A stretch of DNA of 63,115 nucleotides, the filler included, from Saprolegnia diclina VS20 (lineage: Eukaryota), in NCBI RefSeq assembly GCF_000281045.1. It is 7 parts of 4 records of this genome, joined end to end, with 100 filler letters (N's around TTAATTAATTAA, not from the genome) between each part and the next. Parts side by side here need not be neighbours in the genome. Positions count along the whole stretch, not along the records: positions 50,095 to 51,849 come from NW_008246185.1; positions 51,950 to 54,491 come from NW_008246186.1; positions 54,592 to 61,049 come from NW_008246186.1; positions 61,150 to 63,115 come from NW_008246187.1; 3 more parts are not named here. One strand, written 5' to 3'. Each line of letters opens with the position of its first letter. The first letter of the stretch is position 1. The notes beneath the pieces were generated by a model that was not told the origin of the DNA, did not search any database, and saw only the letters and a list, made by a program, of their open reading frames with translations. Shown piece by piece: positions 50,095 through 63,115 of this stretch. A program made the translations under genes and the position numbers.

Positions 50095-50725
50095 AGCCAT
50101 GGCTCTGATGTGCGGCTTTTAGCGGCTGCCGACCGCTTGAAGATGGCACTGCTCTGCAATGCGTGCCCACCGGCGATGGCCGACGTCTTTGAAACCTGGC
50201 GCGCCGACGAACCTGCATGGGACTATGCATACGTGCGGCGTCAGCTTGTCGAGCACTGGGCCAAGAATCGTCCCTTGGTCGGAGATGCCAGTCCGCCAGC
50301 ATTGGTCGCCGATGTCCCACCCGTGGAGGCGCCGCCAGCGGTGGTCGAACGTGCGTCGGAGGCGTCGGCTGCGAACGAGCCGGCAGCCGATGAGAATCTG
50401 GATGTACAGATTCGAGCGTTGGCCCGCGACTTGGCACTGGCATCACACGAAGCAGACCGTCCAAGCACCGCCGCCGCCGAAGCCACCGCGCGTGACGTTG
50501 ACACGACGGACGCTGTCATGGGTGCGCTGTTACGTCTGCATACACGTCGATATTTATGATGTCGTAGAGCTGGCGATCGATGACGACGTCGACGCTGCAC
50601 CGGCAAGCACAAGCACAAGCTCGACCAATGGCCGGCGTGAAAAGCGCGGTCCCGATGCGACTGATGAATCACAGGACAGCGCGAGGTACGGACCATGGAT
50701 GGTCGAAGGCGGGATGATTCCGTGA
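50095..50725 (+). other. Partial gene (5' end in gap), weak resemblance to Copia gag-like (UBN2) proteins
   Basis: DRLKMALLCNACPP..W..WDYAYVRRQLVEHW in coding-like sequence. Confidence 0.3.
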
Positions 50726-51737
50726 GCTGTAGTCAACAAGGACACAAGCGGCCCAAACCCGCATCGACGCCCATAGTGCCCCAACGTACGAACGTGATTC
50801 GCAGTTTTTGGCCGACTCGTGGTTGTCCCTAGAGGCTGTCGGACGGCCGCAAGAATACACTGGCACAAGAATATCGCCACGACAACACCTCATTGCATTG
50901 CGGTATGCACTGGAGCACCGCAGTGTAGACTCTCATAAGCGAATAGCGTGTTGCATCCGTCGCCAGCAGCGTCTTCGCCCGACGTGGTTGATAGCAACTC
51001 GGACATAGCCAAGGATACGGGAGGAGGCACGTGGCGCTTCACAGAGGAAGAAGTCGCGTTCTTGTGTGAAGCGCGCCAACTACCAAGTCGCCCGTTTCGC
51101 GCCATCTACAGTCTTGGGCGTGATCGGGGCCTCTTCCTCACCCGACCGCTCCGTTCAGTACAGGTATCAATGCTACCTCGCTACTGCACATGGACCGTCA
51201 CAACATCCACTGTAGGCCAAGTATTCCCGCATGAAAAAGGTTGCGACGGCCACCGTCTCGTCGACTTCAGTTGATGCTACGCCAGGTAATAAGAACAAAT
51301 AGCATGTGCCCATTTTGAATCGAATTGGCTTTGGCACGATGTCTTGGTATTCACAGGCTCCTTGGCGCGTCTTGAGATCAAAACGTCGCGTCATAGAGCG
51401 ACGCAGCGATTCGTTGGCACCAATAATAGGGAAATTCGTCTTGCGATTTCGTCCGAGTGACCTCCAATTCTACATTTATCGAATAGAGGAAGAATCACTG
51501 GTACCAGCGCTTCATTGACTTCTCAGTTTGTGCTGTGGGAGCGAAAGCCCAAATCCCCCGACAGACCGTTGTTGCCATTTCCGAGGTGCATTTGATTGGG
51601 TCGGCTGCCGCTTCCTTCACGCACAACGTGCCAGCACATCACACGTGTTAGCCATGATATAACACGTATTGGTTGCATAAATAATGTTATGTGGCATATA
51701 ACGTGTCATGGCATTTGTTAGAACTCTGCCGCCAGTG

Positions 51738-51849
51738 ATGTCAAGGCCGTACACTGGCCCGGTGCTCGCCCAGTGGAGCGGCGTCGCTGCGTGGAAGCGC
51801 GCCTTCCTCGACGCCGCCGCTACGCATGGCCTCCGCGAGCTCTACACGG
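51738..51849 (+). other. Partial gene start running into gap, gag-like N-terminus
   Basis: MSRPYTGPVLAQWSGVAAWKRAFLDAAATHGLRELY. Confidence 0.3.
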
Positions 51850-52327
51850 NNNNNNNNNNNNNNNNNNNNNNNNNNNNNNNNNNNNNNNNNNNNTTAATTA
51901 ATTAANNNNNNNNNNNNNNNNNNNNNNNNNNNNNNNNNNNNNNNNNNNNAACGCAGCTTGGTGCCTGTTGGAGGCCGAATGGGGCATCGAGAAGAGGTAG
52001 CCCGCGAACGTCGTCGGCAAGACCACTCCCAAGGGGCCTGTGTCCGCTTAGAGTGCACCCCACATGTCCTTGATGACGTCGCAGTCGACGAGAAAGTGGC
52101 GAAAACTAGATTTTATTGTGGTGACCTGTGATTGTCGGTAGTGTTCCTCTCGATAACCCTGCTTCATCAGCAAATGCACCTCAACTAACTGAGCAGAGGC
52201 GCTGCATTTAACGTGAAATGTTCTCTGGGTGCCCAATGCCTGGAGTATCGCGTATCGTGCGCATCGAGATGCAAATGAGTGAATGTAGGTCTTTTGCGAC
52301 CATCATTCAAAACAATCTATGCATACG

Positions 52328-53008
52328 ATGGCGCGCACAGTTCAAGTTGCCACCAAGATGGCCACCGCCCTCTATCGCATCCGTGTTGTCCGTGTCCACC
52401 GGGGCAAGTGCATTGTCGTCTTCCGCGTCTATAATGTCTACTACGACGGGTGCCATACGGTGCCATCGGATGCCTCCTTCTTCGTGCTCCTCCTCGACGA
52501 AGACCCGTTCCTCTTTCTGTCGTACGCCACGGTCGGTCCCAAGCGCAGTTTCTCGAACGCCAACGAGCACTTTGCCATTGCCTCCAACGGCCAAGCGCTC
52601 GACTATGATTGGATGACTGCAAATGCACACAAGTTTGTCAAGCGCGTCGAGCAGACAGCGTACGCGCCGGCAACACTGAAGACGAACGCCACGTTCGTCT
52701 ACAGCGGCTTCAAGCAGGAGCGGCAGCTAGAGCAAGGCGTGTACGAAGTCGAGTATACTGATCCCAAGTGGATCGAACACTTTCAGGTCGGCCACGTGTG
52801 GCAGTCGTACTGCTTTGACATGCTGCACTGCTTGCCCATTGATACCTCGCACCTCGAACCCGTGGCGACGCCCAAGCCAAGACCCACCCGCGCTGCTGCA
52901 AGGTCCACCACGAAAGCCAAGACGAAGATGCCAGTCAAGAAGTCAACACCTGTCAAGGCAGGCGCGACTCAAAAGGCCGTCGCACGAAAACGCCAGACAA
53001 AGATCTAG
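52328..53008 (+). CDS. Hypothetical protein with Lys-rich C-terminal tail
   Basis: 226-codon ORF with typical codon bias; TCATTC initiator-like motif upstream. Confidence 0.7.
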   Translation: MARTVQVATKMATALYRIRVVRVHRGKCIVVFRVYNVYYDGCHTVPSDASFFVLLLDEDPFLFLSYATVGPKRSFSNANEHFAIASNGQALDYDWMTANAHKFVKRVEQTAYAPATLKTNATFVYSGFKQERQLEQGVYEVEYTDPKWIEHFQVGHVWQSYCFDMLHCLPIDTSHLEPVATPKPRPTRAAARSTTKAKTKMPVKKSTPVKAGATQKAVARKRQTKI

Positions 53009-53297
53009 AGAAGCATCACGCAACTTACCTCATTGATATTCAACTCCATTTCGAAAATCAAGTTTGCAACAAAGAGGTGGGGACTGTCCCATTCGGAGGA
53101 CCCCGCATTTATCGAACCGATCGGTAAATCCTCATGTACACAGATCAGCAGAGTGCAACCAAGAGTTCGCATGGCTACATGTACGACCAAGGGCATTGAA
53201 GTACTCACTTCCAGACCGTTCGCTGTGGCCGTTTCTAGGATACATCGAGTTAGCAAAAGCTTGCAACGGATTGTGTCGCTTGCACTCAACGGTCGCC

Positions 53298-54038
53298 ATG
53301 GCCTCGATCGTCGACGGTGTAAATGTTGTTGGCCTCGCAGGCGGGGTCGTTCTCGTGCTCTGCGCCTTCCGCCCGCTTCTTTGGCTCGTCCGGGCCAAAG
53401 CCGTCGACGAGATCTCGGTTGTATGGACGGTACTGCACGCTGCTGGCCTCGTCTGCTCGTGCGTCTACCTTGTACTCTTGGAGGCGTGGGCGGGCGCGCT
53501 CCCGTTGGCCCTCGAGGCCCTTCTCGCCTTGCTTACGGTGCCATTGCTCGTGTACTTTCGACTGCAGCGCGCGACTCAACGCCAACTAAGGCCGCGTCGG
53601 CGCCAGCGGTCGCTCTCGCGTGGCGGCCCCAGGACCCACGACTTCAACGACGAAGTGCGGTGCGCCGAGGCGGCCCTGCGCCTCGCTGCATGGTTTGTTG
53701 AGGAACTCGAGGCCCTCGAAGCCGCCATTGGCCATGACTTGGACGTTCGGCGCGCGCCGCTGTCGTGGACGGTGGGTTTCGCCCTGCCATTGGACCCGTC
53801 CATCGATGTGTCCTTTCTCGAGCAGCGGGACGGATCTGCGCGCGTCACGTGTGTGGCATCGAAGCGCGTCTCCCAAGCCATTTTGCGCCAGTTTGTCGCC
53901 GACTGCCGGCGTCTCGGCCAATTGGCGTTTGCGGCGACGTACTCGCCCACGCTGCCAGGTCTACCACGCGCTTTGGTGACGTCGCCAAGCCACGTCATGG
54001 AAGCAATCGCGCCGAGCCATACCGCTGTCGAGCTGTAG
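53298..54038 (+). CDS. PQ-loop/MtN3-like three-helix membrane domain fused to a soluble C-terminal domain
   Basis: GLAGGVVLVLCAFRPLLWLVRAKAVDEISVVW..GL..VYLVL pattern; PQ replaced by RP. Confidence 0.6.
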   Translation: MASIVDGVNVVGLAGGVVLVLCAFRPLLWLVRAKAVDEISVVWTVLHAAGLVCSCVYLVLLEAWAGALPLALEALLALLTVPLLVYFRLQRATQRQLRPRRRQRSLSRGGPRTHDFNDEVRCAEAALRLAAWFVEELEALEAAIGHDLDVRRAPLSWTVGFALPLDPSIDVSFLEQRDGSARVTCVASKRVSQAILRQFVADCRRLGQLAFAATYSPTLPGLPRALVTSPSHVMEAIAPSHTAVEL

Positions 54039-54796
54039 ACACATTGTACAATCTAGCACTTTATTAATGTTCATATTAACACGATGAATCAACGAGTTAC
54101 GTACAGGAACGTGGAGATGAGCAATCAAAGATGCACAAAAACACCCTGCACACTCCAACTCAACTCGTCTGAGTGTTGTCGGAGCTTGGCCATTTAAACC
54201 CACCCCACCACCACGTTAGAGTTTGTCTCGAAGCTCATGCTCCACCCCTGCAACCAACGCCGCCTTTGTTTGGAGTCAGCCCAAATGAATCATGCCCTGT
54301 ACAACGACATACCCGTGTACAATAAGAGACCTCCAAGCAGCGCTTTCTCGAGCATTTATGTAGCAAGTTGCGTCTGTGCCATCCACACTGAGTGGAAGGC
54401 TGCTCCAGCGGCCGCCAGGCATTCCACGCGGGTATTCAAGAGCAGGTAAACCCGATCCAAGCCAACATAGTCGCACGGACGGTAATCAAGANNNNNNNNN
54501 NNNNNNNNNNNNNNNNNNNNNNNNNNNNNNNNNNNTTAATTAATTAANNNNNNNNNNNNNNNNNNNNNNNNNNNNNNNNNNNNNNNNNNNNGCGGCGCCG
54601 GCCGACGCGAAAAAGAAGAAGCCCAAGCGCATCAAGTATTAGTAGACCATTGTAATAGCATCATCCATTATACCACGTCAATGTGCCTCCTCTCTCCAAG
54701 GGCTGCAGCCGCGAGCGGTCCTTCGAAGACCGCGTGTTCGATCGATCTTCCTGCATGGGCCAAGAAGAAATCATTGACCACAGTTAAGCACATGTA

Positions 54797-55657
54797 CCCT
54801 AGAATCGATTTCATGGACGCTGTGCGACATCCGAATTTGACGAAAATGTGGCGTCCTTCCTCCCGATACCACTGTGAGGTCATAGTGAAATCAAGTTAAT
54901 CGTGATATGGGTGGTTTTGGGTCGCGATCATCAGCAGAGCAAAAACAGGGCCGGTATCAAGTTCCGAGGGGACTCAACCGGAGAACCTCGACTGCACGAG
55001 CTAAGTGTTTCGCTGTGTTTTGCAAATGCGCTCCCGTACAAAAAGCAAATCTATGTGAAAGATACAAAACGTGGTCGGACGCGACCTCTTTCGCCTTCAA
55101 GTGCACCATGAGGTGCGTCACGGGAACGCCGTCGCTACGCATCTCCAGGACCCAGGCCACGATCTGGCCCTCGACCTCGTTCGCCAGTACTTTGCAATGC
55201 GGCCGGTAGTTGCGGGGATGCCGGTACATGATGGGCTGCGAAGAACGTGATGCTCGAGCGACGCATGTTGGCCCCACGACGAGATCGTCGCTCGAACCAA
55301 CTCGCGTCCTTTGGCGTCGCGGTCGGGGAAGTATATGTCGGTCGTCGCCTTCATTGAGATCTTGTCGAGGAAGACAAGGATGACGTACTCTGTGCGTACG
55401 TGTGGCTCTCGAACGTGTGCTCGGTTGTTGGTTCCTTCTTGGCGTCCTAGACCGTCGTTCGACCTGCCGGGTTCGTGCACCTCCTTGGCCCCGTCGGCAG
55501 CGTTGAGCCCATCGCCAATCTGATTGTGGGGATGGTTTCAATGGTTGTCAGTTGAATTAAATTTCAGGGGTTTATCCGGCATTTCCGCCCCTCCGCAAAC
55601 CCATGATTTCTTGAAGAATATCCATCTTGTGAACCCGCGTCCATGAAATCGATTCTA
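54797..55657 (-). mobile_element. Deleted pogo/Tigger-type DNA transposon with TIRs and CENP-B-type HTH remnant
   Basis: Perfect 21-bp inverted repeats 54800-54820 / 55637-55657 (tagaatcgatttcatggacgc); TA at 54795-54796; VLANEVEGQIVAWVLEMRSDGVPVTHLMVHLKAKEVA. Confidence 0.8.
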
Positions 55658-55952
55658 NNNNNNNNNNNNNNNNNNNNNNNNNNNNNNNNNNNNNNNNNNN
55701 NNNNNNNNNNNNNNNNNNNNNNNNNNNNNNNNNNNNNNNNNNNNNNNNNNNNNNNNNAGACATGGAGAGACCCGACGGCACCGTGCTCCGTGGCGCTCGG
55801 CGACGAACGCGGTCGAGTTCCCACCGGAGTTGAAGTGTCAGAAGGAGCCAATCACAGCGCGTGACGTTTGCCTGGGATCGATGCCATTGGCTACGCGAGA
55901 CGGGCCGGCAATGGAGCACTGCCCCATTTTGCCAGTGACACCACGCGACACG

Positions 55953-58261
<2,309 letters not shown>

Positions 58262-59038
58262 TACACGTTAAATGCATCAGCAATCTCGATTATGTCCTGT
58301 GTCCAGCTCCGGAAATAGCGATAAATCAGCCCATGCGACAGGGAAAAAGTCCAGAATGGTTTGTGTGGGAACGTGAGCCAGCTGTCTTATGGTATTATGG
58401 TGCCTTTGTGCATGATGAGCGGTTGTTTCTGGGTCAGCTTCTTGTACACAAAGCCTCCACAAGACGGTCCTATGCCCTGGTCGAAGCGCCCACGAGTGTG
58501 CCCGACGCACTTGGACAGTGCCGTGCGAAAGCTGCTCCGAGGTCCTTGTCATGGGACTGCGATTCGATTTGGTGGACACTAAACAGCCGGTCGTTGGCTG
58601 CTCATCCAACAAACGCGAGCAAGTGGCTGTGGAGGAGGCGCGTCATTTGTCATCAGGCTGCAAGAAGAGCGTCGTTCTTTGCGATTTCTCATTCCACCCA
58701 TGGAGCTTTAGTTGTATCATATCTCGTTGCATTGATGGGTTGTCGCTGCCGGTAACAGTAGGTACAGTATCCTCCTGCGCGCGTGGACCAACTCTTGCTG
58801 TAGCGCACCACATGCCACGGGTTCGAATGCGTTCAACTGGCTCGGGATCGAATGCAGCTCCTCTTGGACGAGTAAACGAAGAGGATCTAGGATTCAGAGA
58901 GCCTCGTCATCACCAACCCCACAACAGTGAGAGTACCCTTGGAGATAGGTCCCATCACATGCGACCTAGCTTGTATAATTGCCAAGCGCCACGTCTAAAA
59001 CAGATGGCGCAAAACAACTGAGCATCGCCCATGGAGTT

Positions 59039-59054
59039 CCATTTGTCAATTTGC
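59039..59054 (+). promoter_or_regulatory. Oomycete INR+FPR core promoter element
   Basis: CCATTTGTCAATTTGC just upstream of ATG 59061. Confidence 0.6.
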
Positions 59055-59060
59055 TTGGTC

Positions 59061-59480
59061 ATGGAGATCTTCTGCTGCTTCAACGGGTGCACGCTGGCGC
59101 CGACGCCCGGCCAAGCCAAGTGCTCGTTCCACAAGAACCGAGGCATGTGCAGTATCGAAGCCTGTGTCAACCAAGTGTACGCCCGCGGCCTCTGCGTTCG
59201 CCACGGTGGCCGTCAACGTTGCTTTTACCACGGCTGCACGACTGCGGCGCGCGTCGATGGCTACTGCAGTCGCCACGCGAAAGCAGTGGTCAGCGACAAG
59301 AGCACGACGACAGCTCTATGCACGGAGTCCAAGGATGCATTCCTCGCCTTGGATGTGCTTGGCGACTTGGAGTTCTTGCTGCCCGTGGAGATAGAGACTC
59401 CGTTCCGAGGAGACGAGCTCGACGAATCGATCTTGACGTGCTTGATCCAAGAAGATGCATGGGGTCTCGTCATGCTCTGA
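59061..59480 (+). CDS. WRKY19-like CxxxxC..CxxH(GG) zinc-finger repeat protein
   Basis: Three repeats: CCFNGC..CSFH, CSIEAC..GLCVRHGG, CFYHGC..GYCSRH. Confidence 0.8.
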   Translation: MEIFCCFNGCTLAPTPGQAKCSFHKNRGMCSIEACVNQVYARGLCVRHGGRQRCFYHGCTTAARVDGYCSRHAKAVVSDKSTTTALCTESKDAFLALDVLGDLEFLLPVEIETPFRGDELDESILTCLIQEDAWGLVML

Positions 59481-61454
59481 ATCGGTCTTGCCGTAGAAGA
59501 CGCTAGTGTAGTTATATCGTGCAATATATTAGATATATTTCATCGTTTGGACTATACCACGAGGCGCTAAGACCCGTTCTTGACTCGTGCCAATTGCTCT
59601 CATGCCGCAGGAGAGCAAGAGACTCGTGAGTTTCTTGCTGGAGACGGAAGGTGCGACAAAGGAATGGCTCGTCGCTGAAAGAGCTGGCTGGAAGTGATGG
59701 TGCGTCCACCTCTCGACGCGCGACAGCAGCTGTCGTTATAAGACTGGTGTCGGTCAATAGGCTTCGACCATGCAAGTGCGAGAGCTGACAGCGTTGAGAG
59801 TAGGACGCTCCACGATGCGTCACTGAGCCAGTATGCAGTAGAGTATGTAGGTTTCGTTGAAGCATTCCCCTCATGTCTCGGTCTTGGGAACTTGCGCCAA
59901 TATTTGCTCGACCGCGTCGTAGACCGTGCTGTATGTTTTCTTGCAACAGATGCTCTTCGTAGACGCGGCTCGGCGCACTGGACAACACGTCAATAGCCCT
60001 GCGCAAGACGAATAACGAAGCTACAGGCATGGAGCAACAAATTGAGTGGACTCCAATTCCTCGCCAGGTAGCTGGTGAAACGCCTTCGAAAATCAAATCT
60101 CCCGCATGATACACCACGGACAATGATGACCTCATCATGCCAGTAAACTCCAATGAGTAACTCAAAGTTGTTCAACCAGATCATCGGGTGGTGCACCGGG
60201 TGGTGAATTCGAACTAACAAACTAGCAGCTGGGCTAGTGGAGCACAAAACAGAGGAGTGAGGAAGAGGAAGAAGGATGGACCACACAAAGGCGCACGAGA
60301 CGTGCGCAGTCGGGCGGCGGAATCGAAGTGAAGCCCCAAAGGCTCCAAGTGACCCGACCCGTGATATCGTATATTACGAGAGGGGCACACTAGCTGCGAC
60401 ACAAACTCCTACAGTAGCAAAACCCTCATACTTGATATGAGGGGAAAAAGCCCACTGACGGTGGAAACAGCCAATGACGTGGCAGAGGCTGGAGAAAACC
60501 ACCGAAAAACCAACGAAGAGTCGGATGTCTTCGAGTCGGCGATCCCAACGTTTGCAGTTGCGATCTTGACACGAACCACAATCCGGCACAAGGTTAGCGT
60601 GTCACGCCCTCCTGAATACCGATGGTATTGACCAGCCCACCAGGACTTGCTGCCGAGAGACGCACGATGGCGTTTCATACTACATCCCAGGGTAGTCTAA
60701 ATCTCCAAAACTCCAGCGAAAAAGACGGGATCGACCATCGTATGCACAGCCAGCGCCTTGGATTTGAAATCCAGTGTCCTCGGTGATGTGTAGCGTGAGT
60801 ATCTATCCCGTAGGCTGGGCAAGTATTCCGTATTGGGTTCACCCGAGGCCTCGTAAACCGCCAACGGGCCACCACCAACGTTAGACTGTAGTTTTGCATA
60901 GATCCAAAAGACGGTTGTCCGCGTCGATACCTCCGAGCGTTGGTTTCGATTTGAATCTGCGACCGCATCCGATTGTGACACATTTTTGGAGTACGCAACT
61001 AGTACAACGCGCCGATGACAAGGCACGTACCCTCGACACGCCGTAGCATNNNNNNNNNNNNNNNNNNNNNNNNNNNNNNNNNNNNNNNNNNNNTTAATTA
61101 ATTAANNNNNNNNNNNNNNNNNNNNNNNNNNNNNNNNNNNNNNNNNNNNTGCTTTGAGCGCTACATGCACAGAGACCCAAGCGCCGCTCAGCGGCCGCGG
61201 AGCGCATTTTAATCAAATTTTAACAAAAAATCATCATCCGGACAGTTCGGATACGATGGCTCCTCCCGCATCATCCGCCGCAGGTTTGTATGGGCGTGAC
61301 ACACCCATACAAACCCATATCAAGGGTATATTATACCCTTGATATGGGCATCTCAGAGCAACCGGATATACATCCGGTAACCGGCAAGCACAACCGGCAT
61401 TCCGGTTACACCCTCGTGGCAGGGCAACCTAGCGCATATCAAGTTGATATGCGC

Positions 61455-61507
61455 TATGGTGCTCGGCTAGAGCGTTGATATTATCAACGCTCTAGCCGAG
61501 CACCATA
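61455..61507. repeat. 53-bp palindrome (26-bp perfect arms, 1-nt spacer)
   Basis: tatggtgctcggctagagcgttgata-t-tatcaacgctctagccgagcaccata. Confidence 0.95.
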
Positions 61508-61675
61508 CATAGCCTTGGTCTGCACTGTGACCAAGGAATGACTTCAAGCAGCTTGCAGTCTCATCGATCGTGGTGGCCAAGTTCATCCAAACTAAGCTGT
61601 TTTCCCTGTACATCGCACCGAACTTGCATTCGATTTTTTCCTTTTATATGTTCGTTCATAAGGGATCGGCTGCGG

Positions 61676-62080
61676 CTAGGGGTTCGGGTCCAACACATCA
61701 GACGTCTTGTCTGCGGTCGAACGTTTCGTGGGATCATAGTCCGTCGTGAGGACTGCGGTCCAAGCGGACGCCAACGTCCGCGCGCTGAACGTGAACTTGT
61801 CCGTCACTTGCTTGAGTGCGACGACCAATGTCTTGCCAATCTTGTCTTCGCGGTCGCACTGCATGTTGAACGACACAATGATCGACTTGTCCTGCGCGCG
61901 CAACCGGTTCTGGAGGTACAGGCCCGCGCAGCTGTAGCTAAACTTGCTCGCATCCGCCGTCAAGAAGACGTACACGCGGTACAAGGCGCCCGTGGACGCC
62001 ACCGACACGAAGGTTTCGGTCATTGTCGCCTCGGGGTGGGTCGCATCCTCAATCTGCTTGAGGTACGTGAGGGTGTTCAT
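61676..62080 (-). CDS. Hypothetical protein
   Basis: 134-codon ORF with coding-like bias, divergent from the F-box-like gene. Confidence 0.55.
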   Translation of the reverse strand: MNTLTYLKQIEDATHPEATMTETFVSVASTGALYRVYVFLTADASKFSYSCAGLYLQNRLRAQDKSIIVSFNMQCDREDKIGKTLVVALKQVTDKFTFSARTLASAWTAVLTTDYDPTKRSTADKTSDVLDPNP

Positions 62081-62245
62081 GGTGCAACGCGCCAAGCAAT
62101 TGACTTACTGACTGCAGGAAATGAAATGGCCAATCACCAACATTCCGGCAAGAGTGGTGGTGACCCATGATATCCGGATCCGCATATCGTACAAGTCTCC
62201 GCAACCCGACACATCCATTTCTCAGTCAATCCAGCGACAGTGAGC

Positions 62246-62974
62246 ATGGCGGCAACGGACGCGCTGACGGCGATCGTGGCGCCGATGGCCGTCGACGGGT
62301 ACCTCACGCCTTGCGAAGTGTTGCGCATGGGCCTCGTGTGCAAGGACATGCGCGCGTCCTTGGCAGACGCAAGCGACGCGATCTGGCGGCGCTTCCTATC
62401 ACGGTATGGTGGCCGCCTGGCCGACACGCGCCACGACGCGTTCGCTTCGCCGTACCGCGACATCGTAGCGCACCCGCTCGTTCTTTTGCTCCGCGCCGAG
62501 TACGACTTTGCGCTGGACCCGCGTGATGACGGCGTTCCGAGCGACGTGTTGGCAGCCTTTGCTGCCACGTATGTTGCCCGCTACGTGCACTATGGCGACC
62601 GCATCTGGAGCGTCTACAACGACAGCTACCAGTGCAACGTTCTTGGCCTCACGCTGCGCCACGACGCTGTCGAAGTACATTTTCACGTGACCGGCGATCA
62701 AACGGAAGGCGACCTGCAACACCCGCGCCACGCGACGCTGCACGTCGATGGTCATGCGCTCAAGCCCGTGCGCATGTGGCTCATCGACGCAGATCCGTCA
62801 TCGTCCTACGCAGGAATCCTGCGCTACGAGACGCAAGTGATGCGCGACAGCGAGCTCCGATTCGAGTATGGCTGGAGTGGCTACTCGGACGCTACGCTCT
62901 GTGCATTGACCGACCACTTTTGCTACGCACATGCCCTTGACCACGTAGTCCGCGCGAGACGCCCTGTGGTATAA
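62246..62974 (+). CDS. F-box-like protein
   Basis: N-terminal YLTPCEVLRMGLVCKDMR..DAIWRRF pattern. Confidence 0.6.
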   Translation: MAATDALTAIVAPMAVDGYLTPCEVLRMGLVCKDMRASLADASDAIWRRFLSRYGGRLADTRHDAFASPYRDIVAHPLVLLLRAEYDFALDPRDDGVPSDVLAAFAATYVARYVHYGDRIWSVYNDSYQCNVLGLTLRHDAVEVHFHVTGDQTEGDLQHPRHATLHVDGHALKPVRMWLIDADPSSSYAGILRYETQVMRDSELRFEYGWSGYSDATLCALTDHFCYAHALDHVVRARRPVV

Positions 62975-63115
62975 TGCAAAATGACAATCCTTCCACTGGA
63001 TATATTTGTCCAATTTAGAAGCTTGTCGTCAGGGGTCTCCCTCGCAGCCGTTCCCGGGCGACGACAGAAGAGCAAGATGCGCCACCCCGCCGCCGCCTGC
63101 GCAGCGACGGCCCGG

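Overview
Eukaryotic draft scaffold with many N gaps, almost certainly an oomycete. A Saprolegnia-like origin is inferred from GC-rich codons, ~45-55 nt GT-AG introns, INR+FPR core promoters and the gene families present. Positions 1-30.3 kb hold a tandem array of 15 paralogous intron-containing genes plus one chimeric fragment. They encode an acidic 'SAFLAxTxDFGD' motif (most copies), a bZIP-like basic/coiled-coil segment and a START/SRPBCC-like domain, resembling the oomycete 'M96 mating-specific protein' family. Next, on the minus strand, an intact U2 snRNA gene (33116-32930) lies just upstream of a co-oriented archaeal-type RNase H frame that runs into a gap, resembling a U2-targeting Utopia-like retroelement; short U2 5' relics lie further upstream. 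The right half has LtrA, a TTLL4-like tubulin polyglutamylase, a small basic protein, two APC transporters plus a pseudogene, a PQ-loop protein, a pogo-type TIR element, a PabA-PabB ADC synthase, a CxxHGG zinc-finger protein and an F-box-like gene. One APC transporter is frameshifted by a 61-bp copy of DNA from 3.9 kb upstream. All calls come from reading motifs by eye; no database searches were run.
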